A stretch of 64,000 bases of DNA from Macrostomum lignano (Eukaryota): contig NIVC01001102.1 of assembly GCA_002269645.1 (NCBI GenBank), positions 1-64,000 of the forward strand, written 5' to 3'. A model generated the notes under the pieces. The model ran no database searches. It had not been told where the DNA came from and was given only the letters and a program-made list of their open reading frames with translations. Shown here one piece after another: positions 1 to 11,795 of the stretch. The position numbers and the translations under genes are program-made. Position 1 is the stretch's first letter, and each line of letters begins with the position of its first letter.

Positions 1-1342
1 GCAATTATAGTTTAAACGTGAGAAAACTCGCTGGAAGAGGAAGTAAACTTGATGGTAATTCGGAATTGCTATTTAGGTAGCTGGTATCGCACTGAAACAC
101 CAGCTAACTGATTAGCAAGTATAGACCTATGTATGCTGTTAGCTAGTTAATCTTTCTGTCACTTCTGCGAACTAGCATCAGTCTATCTTAATCACACATA
201 CAGGCAGTAACCTGTGGAGTTACGCTTATATAAAACAGACAACACCTTGAAATTCATTTGATAGTACAGGTACAGGAAACTGAGTTTCTCTCTCTTTCCA
301 CGCATGCGTCCGATTGCTTTAATATTTCTCGCATTCATTTGTTCAGTCACTCAGATTTCTTTATTAATAATGGGTTGCATGCTACTCAATTTACAAATCC
401 CCTTACTTTACCCCACCCCCAAAATCATTTGAGCAAGCCTGAGCTCAAGCGTTGTTAAGACAAAATCCCGTCGTGTTTGCATGAATACAACCAACCTGCG
501 AGAGCTATCATTTTAATAAGCACCGACTCTAAGTAACTATAACTAATCTGTACAGTTGTCTTTTCTTACCTGGTAAAGTCATCAAGCAATACTAAATAAG
601 GATGCAAAGATAATAATAATCAGGTTCGAACGAAAACGTCAATCTTTTTTGAGTCCCTTTTTTACGTGCTTAAAATGCATGTCGCTCCAGAAACCTTAGA
701 AAAAAAATATGCCGCGTAAAACGAGGCTGGCCGAATCTATAATTTAACCATGCATTATTAAACCGGACACGCGACCAATTACTAGCTAACAGAATCAGCT
801 TTCCACAATTAGCCCAATTTGCCTGCAAATCTGCGCCTACGATGAAAGCGCGGCTGAAAAACAGGTGGAAAAATTCCATAATCGGGCGCGAGTCGAGGAT
901 ATTCAGCGGTGCAAGAAGTGGACAACACTGGGCTTCGTGACTGGAGCACAGGATAATTAAATCGCCCTGTTTGTCGGCCTCTGTGGAGGGACTTCCTCCT
1001 CGGGGGAAGTGAAAAGCAATTAGCGACTTTACCCAATCCTCAGATTGCAGAGCGAATCATCTCTGGGTGAGTTAATCATCCCCAGATAATTAATTGGCAA
1101 CGCGCTACACCTTTGCTTCTGTTGCCCGATGTAGAAGCAACAACGCGCTTCGTGTGCCGTTCAAAGGAACCTCCGAAAGACACAATAAATTCAAAGAGCT
1201 GTTCGATTGTTGTGAGCACACACAGGCAGGGGTGTGTTACCCATCAGTTAAAGCCGCAAAGGCTTAAGGCTTATATATATACAGGAGCAAATACTTGCCG
1301 TCAGGAACCCAGCTCTCACTCATCCTCCTTCAAAGCGCGAGA

Positions 1343-3947
1343 ATGGTGGCTAACGAGGCCGATCAGCAGCAGCATCGCGCTGACAGCGCCCAGTCATACG
1401 TCTCGTCATCGTCCACCGCGAGCCAGGGCACAACCACGGCGCTGAAAAATATTGAAAAATTAGGCAAAAAGCATCGACGCAGTGCCTCTCGCAGCAGCAG
1501 TAGTAGCGCCGACAGAGGCTGTCTAGGTCGATTGTGCCATGGCAACCCGCTGACTCGCAGCGGCAAGCGCAAGCAGATGGCCAAGATCATGATCCTCATC
1601 CTTGTACCAATCATCGCTCTAGGCTGCATCACCATCAGCGAAATGACCGCTGTGAGTCAGCGGAACGATCTGAACGCGGCCGTACGACAGTCCATGCGAT
1701 TCGTGATGGAGACTGGCCAGGTTATTCACGCGCTTCAACGGGAAAGAGACATGACGGCGCTGTTTTGCGGCAGCGGCAGCTCCGAGACCCGCATGATCAT
1801 GACCGATCGGTACCCGGAGACGGACAGAGCTCTGCTGCAGTTGTCGGTATGGCCAAGCCAGTATTCCTTATCCCTAAGACAAGAGCTGCAACAGAAGCAG
1901 TTGTTGCACCACAAGGACACATTTCGTAGTCGGGAAAATTTCATGGAAGAATAAGCAAGCATAGAAGAGAATTAGACCACTTCAAAACCAGCCTGTACCG
2001 GGAAATCAGGTTCTATTCCGAACTGACACAGGTGTTCATTGATTGGGTTTACACTGCTATTCAAAAGTCCCGGGATGGCTCACTCTGGCGAAAGATGGTT
2101 GCTTATGTTATGCTTGTTATCTGCAAAGAGAACATGGGCGTTGAACGCTCTCTTGGAGCTGTTTTCTTCTCAAATGGGAGCTTCCGCGGCCATGCTGACT
2201 ATCAATGGTACCTGCAGAAGCACTTTGTCAGTACCAGCAACCGGAAAGCCGCTAGTCTCTACTCGGAAGAGGTGACCATCAATCTGGCTAGGGCGCTAAA
2301 TAAATCAAGTCATCCGGTGGAGAAAAGCCTGACGGTCATGAGAGCGGAGATTCTATACAAGAATTTGACAAGAAAATCTAGCGTATTGTCGACGAAATGG
2401 TTCGACAATATGACAATCTACATGGATGCTATTCTGGAAGTGCAATTGAGGCTTGTAGAATCTGTGATTCTGGATCTGAAAGATTCGGCCAGGGACGATA
2501 TAGCAGATCTGTCCGTGACAATCAGCTTTCTGTGCATCACCATCTTGGTTTGTCCATTGATCGTTATTACCATCCAGGCTGTGATGTCGGATGTTCAGTC
2601 CTACGCTTTAACCCTGGCAACGCAGACGAATCATCTCAACAACGAGCGTCAGCGAACGAACGAGCTGCTCTACCAAATGATCCCTCGAAGCGTTGCTGAG
2701 CAGCTTAAGCGTGGAAAAAACATTGCAGCTGAAAGTTTCGACCAATCTACGATATTCTTCAGCGATCTGATTGGCTTCGCTGCTTTAGTATCGGAGAGCG
2801 CGCCAATTCAAATAGTTGACATGCTCAACGCTGTTTACAGTTGCTTTGACTCCAGAATATGCCTCTACAATGTGTACAAGGTTGAAACAATTGGCGATTC
2901 CTACATGGTGGCTAGTGGTAGGTTTGACTGAACTTTATTTGGCGTAAAAGTTTGAGTATACTCCCCGAAACAACTTTTAGTTGTACTCACTACATGTATA
3001 ATTAATTACCGCAGGCGTTCCAACTCGTATCGGAAATCGACACACTGACGAGATCTGTCGCATGGGCCTCGACCTGCTGCACCACACTGGCCACATCGAG
3101 ATCAAGCACATGCCCGGACACAAGCTGCAGCTTCGAGGCGGAATGCACTCGGGCAAGTTTCATCTCATTGAGATGCTTCAGACTGGAAAATTTTAGCGTT
3201 GAAATTTGATTGCTACATACTTTTTTGCAGGTCCGGTAGTCGCAGGAGTGGTTGGTTCTAAAATGCCTCGCTACTGTTTGTTCGGTGACACTGTTAATAC
3301 TTCAAGCCGAATGGAAACCAATGGCCGAGGTAAGTGCTGTAGGACTTAACTTTCGTAAGCAACTTCGAGTAACATATTTCGTTATTCCTAATCCCTCTTA
3401 AAGGCAACGCAATCCAGATGACGGAAGCAGCCAGGAATTACATCATCAACGATTCCAGCTATGTTATCAAGGAGCGCGGGATTATTGAAGTGAAGGTGAA
3501 TTTTCGAGCCGATTTCTTTCTGAGAAATTCAATTTTTCTCTATTAATTTTTTTCTATTGATCCCAGGGCAAAACCAGGATGACTACTTATTGGCTGCTCA
3601 ACAAGCTCGGCTTTGAGGACTCGCTTCCCTGCATGCCCGGCTGTCCATCGTCGCTGCAGTCGATTACTGATCAGCACAAGTTCGACGAGATGTCGGCTGA
3701 AAATTGCGGCTCTCATAGCGGAAAATTCGCCATAGCCGAGGAAATCCCAACCAGCCGAGTTGAGTCCTGCTCCAATCCAGTCGGTGGGCATCAGGTTTCC
3801 ATGAGCGCGGCAGGTGGCAGCGGCATGCCGCCAGTTGAAACAGTTGGACGTGATAGTTCGGCTACGAGCAACGGAGGCTCGAACAACAACACAACCTCGT
3901 CGCCAAGTCGCAAGGACATCGATGTTAACTCCGTTGAAAAGAAATAA
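1343..3947 (+). CDS. NIT-domain transmembrane guanylate cyclase (NIT-GC), ~761 aa if the frame break at ~1950 is corrected
   Basis: Exons 1343-2917 (one -1 frame shift at ~1950), 3015-3152, 3231-3329, 3404-3495 and 3567-3947; phases are consistent and sum to 762 codons after adding 1 nt. Domains: TM1 ([18 protein letters not shown]), NIT-like helical region ([13 protein letters not shown]...[10 protein letters not shown]), TM2, coiled coil ([14 protein letters not shown]), cyclase motifs [24 protein letters not shown] and [19 protein letters not shown] (Glu/Cys give GTP specificity). No kinase-homology domain. The start codon is uncertain. Confidence 0.88.
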
Positions 3948-4736
3948 CTTGAAGAGAATTGCGATCGGTGGCCGAACGCGAAGAGTCAATAGTAACAGCT
4001 TGATTGGAAACCACATGTAATAACACGTGGAATGTTCTCTCATTGACAGAAAGCGCAATTTGAATTTAGCAAAATTCAGCGCACTAGGCGAAATATGAGT
4101 AGTTTGATATAGCGCCTTTGACGTCTGTGACGTCATTCATTAGTCCGTGGAGAAAGAGAGAGACGCTTTTTACCGTTCGTATCGTATTTCGTTCGTAGAT
4201 TTGCTTTTAGAATCAGATTTTAATTAGAAATACTTTGGATGCACTGATCTTGCTTTGCTTTTAGTGTCATAATTGCTTTTAAAAATTGAACTTATTTTTT
4301 ATATATTGGCTTTTGTGGCATCACGCTTAGCAGTTTAGGCAATTCTGTAAATGTAGTCTTACATTCAGTTTTTAACTTTGCTTCAATAAAAGCTTACTTG
4401 CTTTGGCAGTTTACGCTCGTCAATCGGAAAAATTGATAGAAATTTGGGTCTGCAAACGAAGCTACTACTAACAGTAGTTAAGTATTTATGATGCAGATGC
4501 GCAGCCGTTTCACAGATACTACACTTCATGTACTTTTGATTAAAAATCGTCTAAAGACAAACAGTTTCATATCTTTCGTAAACCATAGTTGTGTATTCGG
4601 GAATATTCCCAGTTGATGGTTTATTTTTGGTCAGTATAGTTCCTTTGACAAGTAAATCTTACCGATAGTAATCTCGACCGTAAAGAGTGCTTTCATTGTT
4701 CAATTTCCTTAGTTTGCAAGTTTTATTTTCGACAAA

Positions 4737-7023
4737 TCACTCGCAGCTGTCAGCAAACGGGGCGATCAACTCCAGTACAACTTTGCCATGATCCCTGTCC
4801 GAAGTGCCGCCATCAGAACACTGGACTCCGCCGCAGAACGAGCCGCCTCCGCCTCCTCCGGAGCCTCCGTTCAGAGAGGCGCCGCCTCCGCTATAGCCGC
4901 CTCCTCCACCGGCAGCTCCACTACCATTTGAATCGCTTCTACCGCCTCCTCCGCCTCCGCCGAAACCGCCATCGTTTTCACTGCCGCCGCCGTGACCTCC
5001 GACCCAGCCTTCGGCCAGACCGCCGCCTCGCTCTCCGTCTTTATCACTTTGCCTCGGGTTGACGGCCCGGCCCAGCCAGCCGGCGCCGCAGCCGCCGTGG
5101 TAGCTATCAGAAGATGTGTTGCTGGGATTATTTTTTCCAGGATTCCCATTGACGCCTCCGAAGCCAGACGTCTCAGGGCGATAATCATTAGCATTGCTCG
5201 CGTTCAGCCCTGGCTCCCCTTGGCAGCCTGTACAATAATTAGGGAGTTAGTTAAAGGCATGTACAGCCCAAGCCTTAAAGGTGAGACGTACCTCATGCGC
5301 ATGGATCGCACGAAAAGTACCTAAGGCTAATTAATATGGCCTGGTTACCTTGGCACTACAGCCAGAAATGAACTAGCCCTAAGAGAAACACTATTAAGAT
5401 ATTAAAATTGAACTCCAGTCTATAATAAATAGTCTATAAATTTTCTTTTACCTGGTTTTCCGAATCCAGCCCCGCCTCCTCCGCCAGCCGCGATGAGTGG
5501 TAGTTGGCTGTCCGCAGCTCTGTACACAAAGCTGCCGCCGCCGCCGCCTCCAGCGCCACCATTACTGCCCCACTAATTATTTTTCCATTACCTCCCGCTT
5601 GCCCAACAACAATGTTTAGTAAGCTACCAGCCTGCATATAAAACCTGCCACTAATCACAGCTCCAAATCCGCCTGTATGAGTATTTCCCGGAGGAATTTT
5701 ACCGCCTTTGGCTCCGGCCGCCTTGATGCGGTAGCAGCCGGTGACGTTGATCAGAGCGAACTGAACAGAGCCGCTCCTGCCCGTGTTGCTGTCTGCAGGA
5801 AAAGTGCGCGTGAGACTAAAGGCTACGAGAGTAAACCGGTTTAGTCCGGAACTCTACTTCGGATTCCTATTCTGTAGCTTTAATTGACGTGGCCCTTAAT
5901 CTAATTATAACAATTGCATGACGGAATGACGTCCACCCTGACGTAACGCCTAGGGCGACATCGTCCCTAATTTTAATGCTGAGTCAATTCTTCCAATTCT
6001 GCTGACCCCTGACGTTCTAGTCCTGTCTGGCATGTACACTCCTCTACATCTCTACGCCCGGGGTCAGCCCTCATAGTTCTGAATCGCACAACAACACACT
6101 GGCCAATTTTGAATGCATTGGGGTCGTGTGGCGCTCCGCTTCCTTTAACACGTTTTTTATTGTTATAAGAATTTTGAATGCTACTGCTTGAGTTTGCTGC
6201 GCGACTTACTTTCAAACTTTTTCCTATTTTCGAAAGCTAGAGATGTCAGATTAATCTGTCTCTTTCTAAGCAGCTCTTCGAATCCATCCACTGTCCACAT
6301 CCTGGCGCCCGGTTCCGCTCCAATTATTCGTTCCACGTGGCTACCAGGTGGTCCGGGTGTTTTCGATGCGTCTCTAACGATAACTAGTTGGCACAGGCTA
6401 GCGGTTGTCATGACGACAACTATGGCGCATTCTTTTAGCTTGCAAGAGTAAATACAGCTTTGATCGGAGTTCATCCCGGTCAGGTTGACGAGTTCGGTGC
6501 TGATTGAAGTGTTGATAAGAATGGAATTGAAACGACGCAGGTATTTGTATCTCCCGCACGAGGCTGAAACGTGGTGCAAAATGACAATTAGTTTCTTAAA
6601 AAAGCGAACTTAAATGCAACTAAAATATTATTTTTCATTTCAGTGACTACCTACAAGTACATGCATGAATCTTTTCGTTAGCAAAAAATTCCGTCAGATT
6701 TTGTTTAAATGCACTAAACTGAAAACGGGAACCTTATTGACAACACTCCTATGTCTGTCTACGCACATACACTGTATTTATGCGATGTACGATCGAAGTC
6801 GATGGACGTCGCTGATAAACGACATGATTGACACCGACGCATATAACGACGTTTATTAGTCGGCTGAACATCTATCAAAGTTGCTGTATGAAGACAAATT
6901 TTCATTGAACTTTATGGACTCTCACGCATGAAAATAACAGATGACGATGCAACACTTACCATCAGCATTCCTGCCAAGTGAAAAAATGAGAAAAACTCCC
7001 AGAATTGGACGAGTTAGCAGCAT
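4737..7023 (-). CDS. Secreted protein with PAN/apple-like Cys region and ALK/LTK-type glycine-rich domain (one 1-nt frame break; third exon boundaries uncertain)
   Basis: Signal-peptide exon 7023-6960 (MLLTRPILGVFLIFSLGRNAD, then GTAAGT). Exon 6563-6210 (SCIYSCKLKECAIVVVMTTASLCQLV). Probable exon starting ~6143. Exon 5792-5452 (VQFALINVTGCYRIKAAGAKGG...GAVISGRFYMQAGSLLNIVVGQAG...GGGGSFV...PLIAAGGGGG). Exon 5227-4737 (GGFGGGGGG...GGGGGYSGG...GGGGGSF...HGKVVLE, stop). Frame break in CCCC at 5568-5571. Confidence 0.72.
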
Positions 7024-9317
7024 TTTTATCTGAGTTTCCTCAATCAAGTCACACTGACAGTAATATCAATTTCGATTAGTTCAAACTCTTTAATTCCTAC
7101 TTGTTCTGCCAAGTACCCTCAATGTTTTTATACTTTTATAAACTATATACTGTAGCTTGATGGTGATGATGGAGATACCGATCAAGCATCAAATATTTGC
7201 CATGGTGACACAGCTAGACTGTTATCTGCATCAGCTACCCTCCATGGAAGACTCACAGGCGTGAAAAGTATCGATCAACAACTACCAAAAGTAGCCTTGT
7301 TAGAATATCCGCTATTTTCTTTCTGCCTATAATTCCAGCTAGGGAACCCAAGCTTGAAACAATTGACTCCCATTGTTAGAAAATGCGAAGATATTGTTAT
7401 GTAAGCTCAATGGAGCTTGCATGCAGATGCATCTCGATAAATTTCTATCGCGTGAACCGTATCCAATTGTAAACGTCCCTTATACGATCGATTCCATGTG
7501 TGCTGCGGGTAAATTATAGCTGCACTCTAAAGTAAGTAGCTTCAAAGTTGATTGATCGAGAATATCACGGGGCGAATGCGCATGATAGACATCTGCAAGG
7601 CGTACACAGGAAGAGCTAAGGGAAGACGGCCGGACATACAATTTACAAGTATACATGTACAAGTTACAGAATCAAGAGATAATTTGGCCGGTCTGCCTTC
7701 TATATCGTGAAAACTTCCATTCTCTGTAATGTATTTTTTGGTAAAACCTGCCTACTTAAATTTAAGATGAAATGTAGTTTCCCATCCTTTTACTTGATGA
7801 AGTCCTTAATTGCCTGCGCACTTTGTTTTTATAAAAGTACATTTTTTACCAGCGTACACGAATTCTCAAGCCCTCATTGCCCTCAGTGTCAGATTTGGTG
7901 ACTTGCGGATAGCAGATATAGAAAAAGTTTCATTTATGCTTTTTTTAGAAATACAATGGAATTCTATAAAGTATTGATATAAATTATTCAATGAGAAATT
8001 GCTGTTCTTAGGAACTGCATTTCGTACTAGCAACAATGGATGCCAACTTCGCTTTAAATAGTTAGTAAATGTAGATTGTTACTTTTTAATTTTATTTTCA
8101 TACGTCAAAGTCTGCTATCTATTTAAAGTTTTATAGGATAATACTTTATTTGTTTTACCGCTTTGCTGGTTACATTGACATTTTAACTCGCGAAGTTAGG
8201 TCCTATTTTCAACGTAAAACCCGCCCCCAGGTACAGGTACAAGAACGGTTTCTACAATAGCAGTAAACTGTGTTGCTATTGAAGGTTCACCTACAAGTCT
8301 CCAAAGGCGACAAGGTTGTTAATAGTTTTGATATCATATTGAATAACTATGAAAAATAGAAAAAAAATTCAAAAGGAACCATAAAGTGATAGAGTCGCCG
8401 TAGACAAAAAAATATTTTTATTCTATATGTCTATATGTTCTATGTTCTATTTGTCTTACGATATGTACAAGTACATTTTAATTTCACTGTCCATTTTATT
8501 ACTTTTGTTACAATTACCATTTTCACAGTCGATTACCATTATGACTTCTGAACATATGTTGCTGTGACTAGAAAATAAAGAAATTCTGGATGTCAGAATA
8601 GATGAATTTATTTTTAGACTGTTGTATATGTTTGGTGCGGATTTAAAATAATATTAGTGTAAAACTATAAACCCGAAATCTCAAAAAATTATAAAAAAGT
8701 TTTTAATTCATTTATGATCTATCTTCTAATAACTATGAATTAATGATTTACAAAAAGTTCTCTATTCTAAAATGGTTGCTGTTAGAAGTAATTTTGAATT
8801 TTCAATAATTACTGAACATTACTGAACATAAATATAATATGCTTTCAAATATACCTTAAATAATAGACTAGTAAAAGGGATAATAACCAATAAGTACACA
8901 GTAAAAATCAGTAAAATTAGGAAAACAATTTATTTGATACAAGTTGGTTAAGTAAATTAGTATATGAAAAAATAGAAGTTCATATTTTTTCATTTTCTTA
9001 GAAGTTTAGGATTAACCATGCATCTTATTTTATCCCTTAGTTATAAAAGCTCCACTTTGTTATACTTATTTATTGTCTTAAACTATTTAATCATAGCCAT
9101 CAAAAATTAAAATTAAAATTTACCCAATTGTCTAAATACAAAGCCATTTGCACTGATTATCAAAATTTTACCTACATCAAGCTAGCTCATAAATCAAATA
9201 ATTTCTATTCAAAGCTTGTACTATCGCTATTCCGACTTTTACTGAGAAACAATGCCACACAATTAACCGTCCGCCTCTGCTGTCCAGTGCAGTAGAGACG
9301 TACAAATTCCACATATT

Positions 9318-9995
9318 ATGGACCCAGCCCGACCCTCAGACAGGCGCTCCAACGGTGCAACTGGTCGCCATCAGTCAAACCGGCAACACCCAGCCGACCC
9401 CACTAGCAAGCATCCTCAGCAGCAGCAGCAGCAGCAGCCGACAACCCTTGTGCCAAATGGCGGACCAGCCGCTCCGCCTCCGGCCCTGAGGTCGCGGGCT
9501 CTACCCCAGATTCGACGGCCATCAGCCACAACTGCAACGCGAAGGGACCACCCGACCGGAGCTGCGACGGCATCTGTCCCACCAGACGATGGTGGATTGC
9601 GCAGGCTGCCCAGACAGAGCCCTCTGGCTGAACTGCTCACCAGACAGATCCCAAGCCCTAATTGGCACTCGCAGAGCGGCCTGCGTCGCACCGTTTCCAT
9701 GGGAACGCATCATCATCACCAGCAGCAGCAGCTGAGAACCACCAGATCCACAATTGCCGCGGCTGCGGCTGCTGAAGCTTCAACGGAAATTCCAGAATCG
9801 GAGGACACCAACCAGCATCCCGCACCGTTGCCGCCCGTGTCGGCCCGGGTTCGCTCCCCGAGCCAGCGGCTCACGGAGATGGCCCGAATGTTCAGCAGCG
9901 GGGTGGTGTACTCCGCGCACCGCAGCGGCAGCGCCGGCTCAGCCTCCTTCGATGCATCCTCGCTGGCGGCCACCAGCGCCAAAAAGCGGCTGTGA
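9318..9995 (+). CDS. Orphan 225-aa Q/P/S/R/A-rich ORF (possibly a single-exon gene or terminal exon)
   Basis: GC-rich island within AT-rich DNA; ATG with A at -3 and G at +4; poly-Q and poly-H tracts; no recognisable domain. Confidence 0.4.
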   Translation: MDPARPSDRRSNGATGRHQSNRQHPADPTSKHPQQQQQQQPTTLVPNGGPAAPPPALRSRALPQIRRPSATTATRRDHPTGAATASVPPDDGGLRRLPRQSPLAELLTRQIPSPNWHSQSGLRRTVSMGTHHHHQQQQLRTTRSTIAAAAAAEASTEIPESEDTNQHPAPLPPVSARVRSPSQRLTEMARMFSSGVVYSAHRSGSAGSASFDASSLAATSAKKRL

Positions 9996-10031
9996 CGAAC
10001 GACCGACTGGAGAACTTACTCGAGATTATTC

Positions 10032-10257
10032 AATCCTGATCCCATAGTCTGGGAGTTAGATCCCAAACTGCTCAATCCAGATCCCATGGAATCTGGGAGT
10101 TCGATCCCAAACTGCTCAATCCTGCTCCCATGGAATCTGGGAGTTCGATCCCAAACTGCTCAATCCTGATCCCATAGAATCTGGGAGTTCGATCCCAAAC
10201 TGCTTAATCCTGATCCCATGGAATCTGGGAGTTCGATCCCAAACTGCTCAATCCTGA
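10032..10257. repeat. Tandem array, ~44-bp unit x5
   Basis: Unit AATCCTGATCCCATGGAATCTGGGAGTTCGATCCCAAACTGCTC repeated head to tail with no spacers. Confidence 0.9.
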
Positions 10258-11795
10258 GAGTCAGACCCTAAGTTACTCTCAGTCTTAGAAAGAGTCCTAC
10301 TTTATTTGTTTGGTGAAATCAGAAACCGCTATTATTTGTGCTTTGCTTGGAATTTTGTTAAAATTTTTATCTTGTTTTAACAATATGCCTGCATGCCAAA
10401 TGGCTAAAGCTCTCAAATAGAAACTGCTTACGCAATGATATTCGAAGTGCCTTTGAAAATTCTTTTGTTCATTTCTCTTTATTTAGAGAGCTCAAGAATA
10501 TTTTCTTGCAGATTGTTTTTGCACCGATATTGTCATTTTCTCTGCCTAATTGCCTAAGCATCATGCCCCACTGCGCTTGTCTTGCCCGTTTGATGTCACT
10601 TCAACATCTGTCGGAAAATATAATCCATTATTTATTATTATTTCTTCTCAACAATAAAATAGCGAAAAACGTGATAACTGCTACTTGTTAGCTGCATGTC
10701 AGTAGCTTATAACGTACAAAACTTTTTTCTATATGCAGAAAATTTGAATTAAGAGTAACGAAACTTATTTGATGGTTTCAGATCTCGATTTTTGCTAACT
10801 TCACAACATATCGGTATACCAAAGCATCGCATTTTCATTTCTTCTCTACCGCCATTGCATCAATACTTTTGTTTTAGTTTTTAGTTTTCTTTTAGTAAAA
10901 TTTCAAAGTTTCGACTGTCTATTTCATAGGCTTCACAAGCTATAAGTACAAGTTGTAAATGCTTGCTTATTTCCATCTTTTCATGATTATTACTTCATTT
11001 GAACTCATCTGCTGCTTTTGCTCAGCCCCTTTGTTCTCGACTAAAAACAAAAATATTGCTCAGTGTAACGAATAATTCTGATAACTATTTTCCGCTTTTA
11101 AAAAGCTTATTGAAACATTTGCTCCACTGCGCGCAGCTGGAAATTTTTAGCTGTTGCAAATTTTCTGCATCATTAAGTTGTTCTCCTAAATTTTTGTGTT
11201 GTTTTGTTGCTTTTGGCTTCTTCTTGATTTTTCGTTGCTTTCAATGTGTTGCTTTTGTGTTTCTGTAACTTTTTTAAAAATTTGTTTTAATGTGTCCAAT
11301 TTTTTACGGTGTCAATTTTGTCGGGCCTTTTTGTTGTTTCAAAAGTAAAAATTCTTTAACTTGTATTTTCACGAAAAAGCGTAGCATAAAGCTGTTTAGG
11401 ATCAGAGCTTTAGAATATTTTTGTTCGAAAAAACAAACATTTTACAGTTTCTCTTTTAACTGCTGCAGATGTGCCTAAAATGTTTGCACTTTTGTTTTAA
11501 TTTGTGTACACCGATGTAATAAACTTATTTTTTTATTGTGAGCTATTATTCGTTTACTATTAATACGAGCTAATTTTGTAGCTTTTTCACGATAAGATGT
11601 GATTTGATTTGTTAAAAATGTAAATTCGTATCTGCTTTTGTTTCTTTGCTTCTTTTTATCAAGCAGTCCCCAATTTCTAAAGTACTGAAAATTGAAGAGG
11701 GGATTTGAATGGGTAGTGAAAATGAGACGAGAAGATTCTAAAGATATAGAGGACAGGAGACGAGCTGAAAAGAGATAACACAGAAGATTATCAGT

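Noticed and set aside
5973-6215. 80-aa minus-strand ORF as a separate gene
   Set aside because: It lies between exons of the glycine-rich gene; part of it is probably exon 3 of that gene.
6665-6859. 64-aa plus-strand ORF and other 60-90 aa ORFs in AT-rich DNA (7480-7901, 10506-11478, 27451-27749, 29532-30056, 33548-34092)
   Set aside because: No domain similarity, no coding-like composition and no consistent splice structure; compatible with chance.
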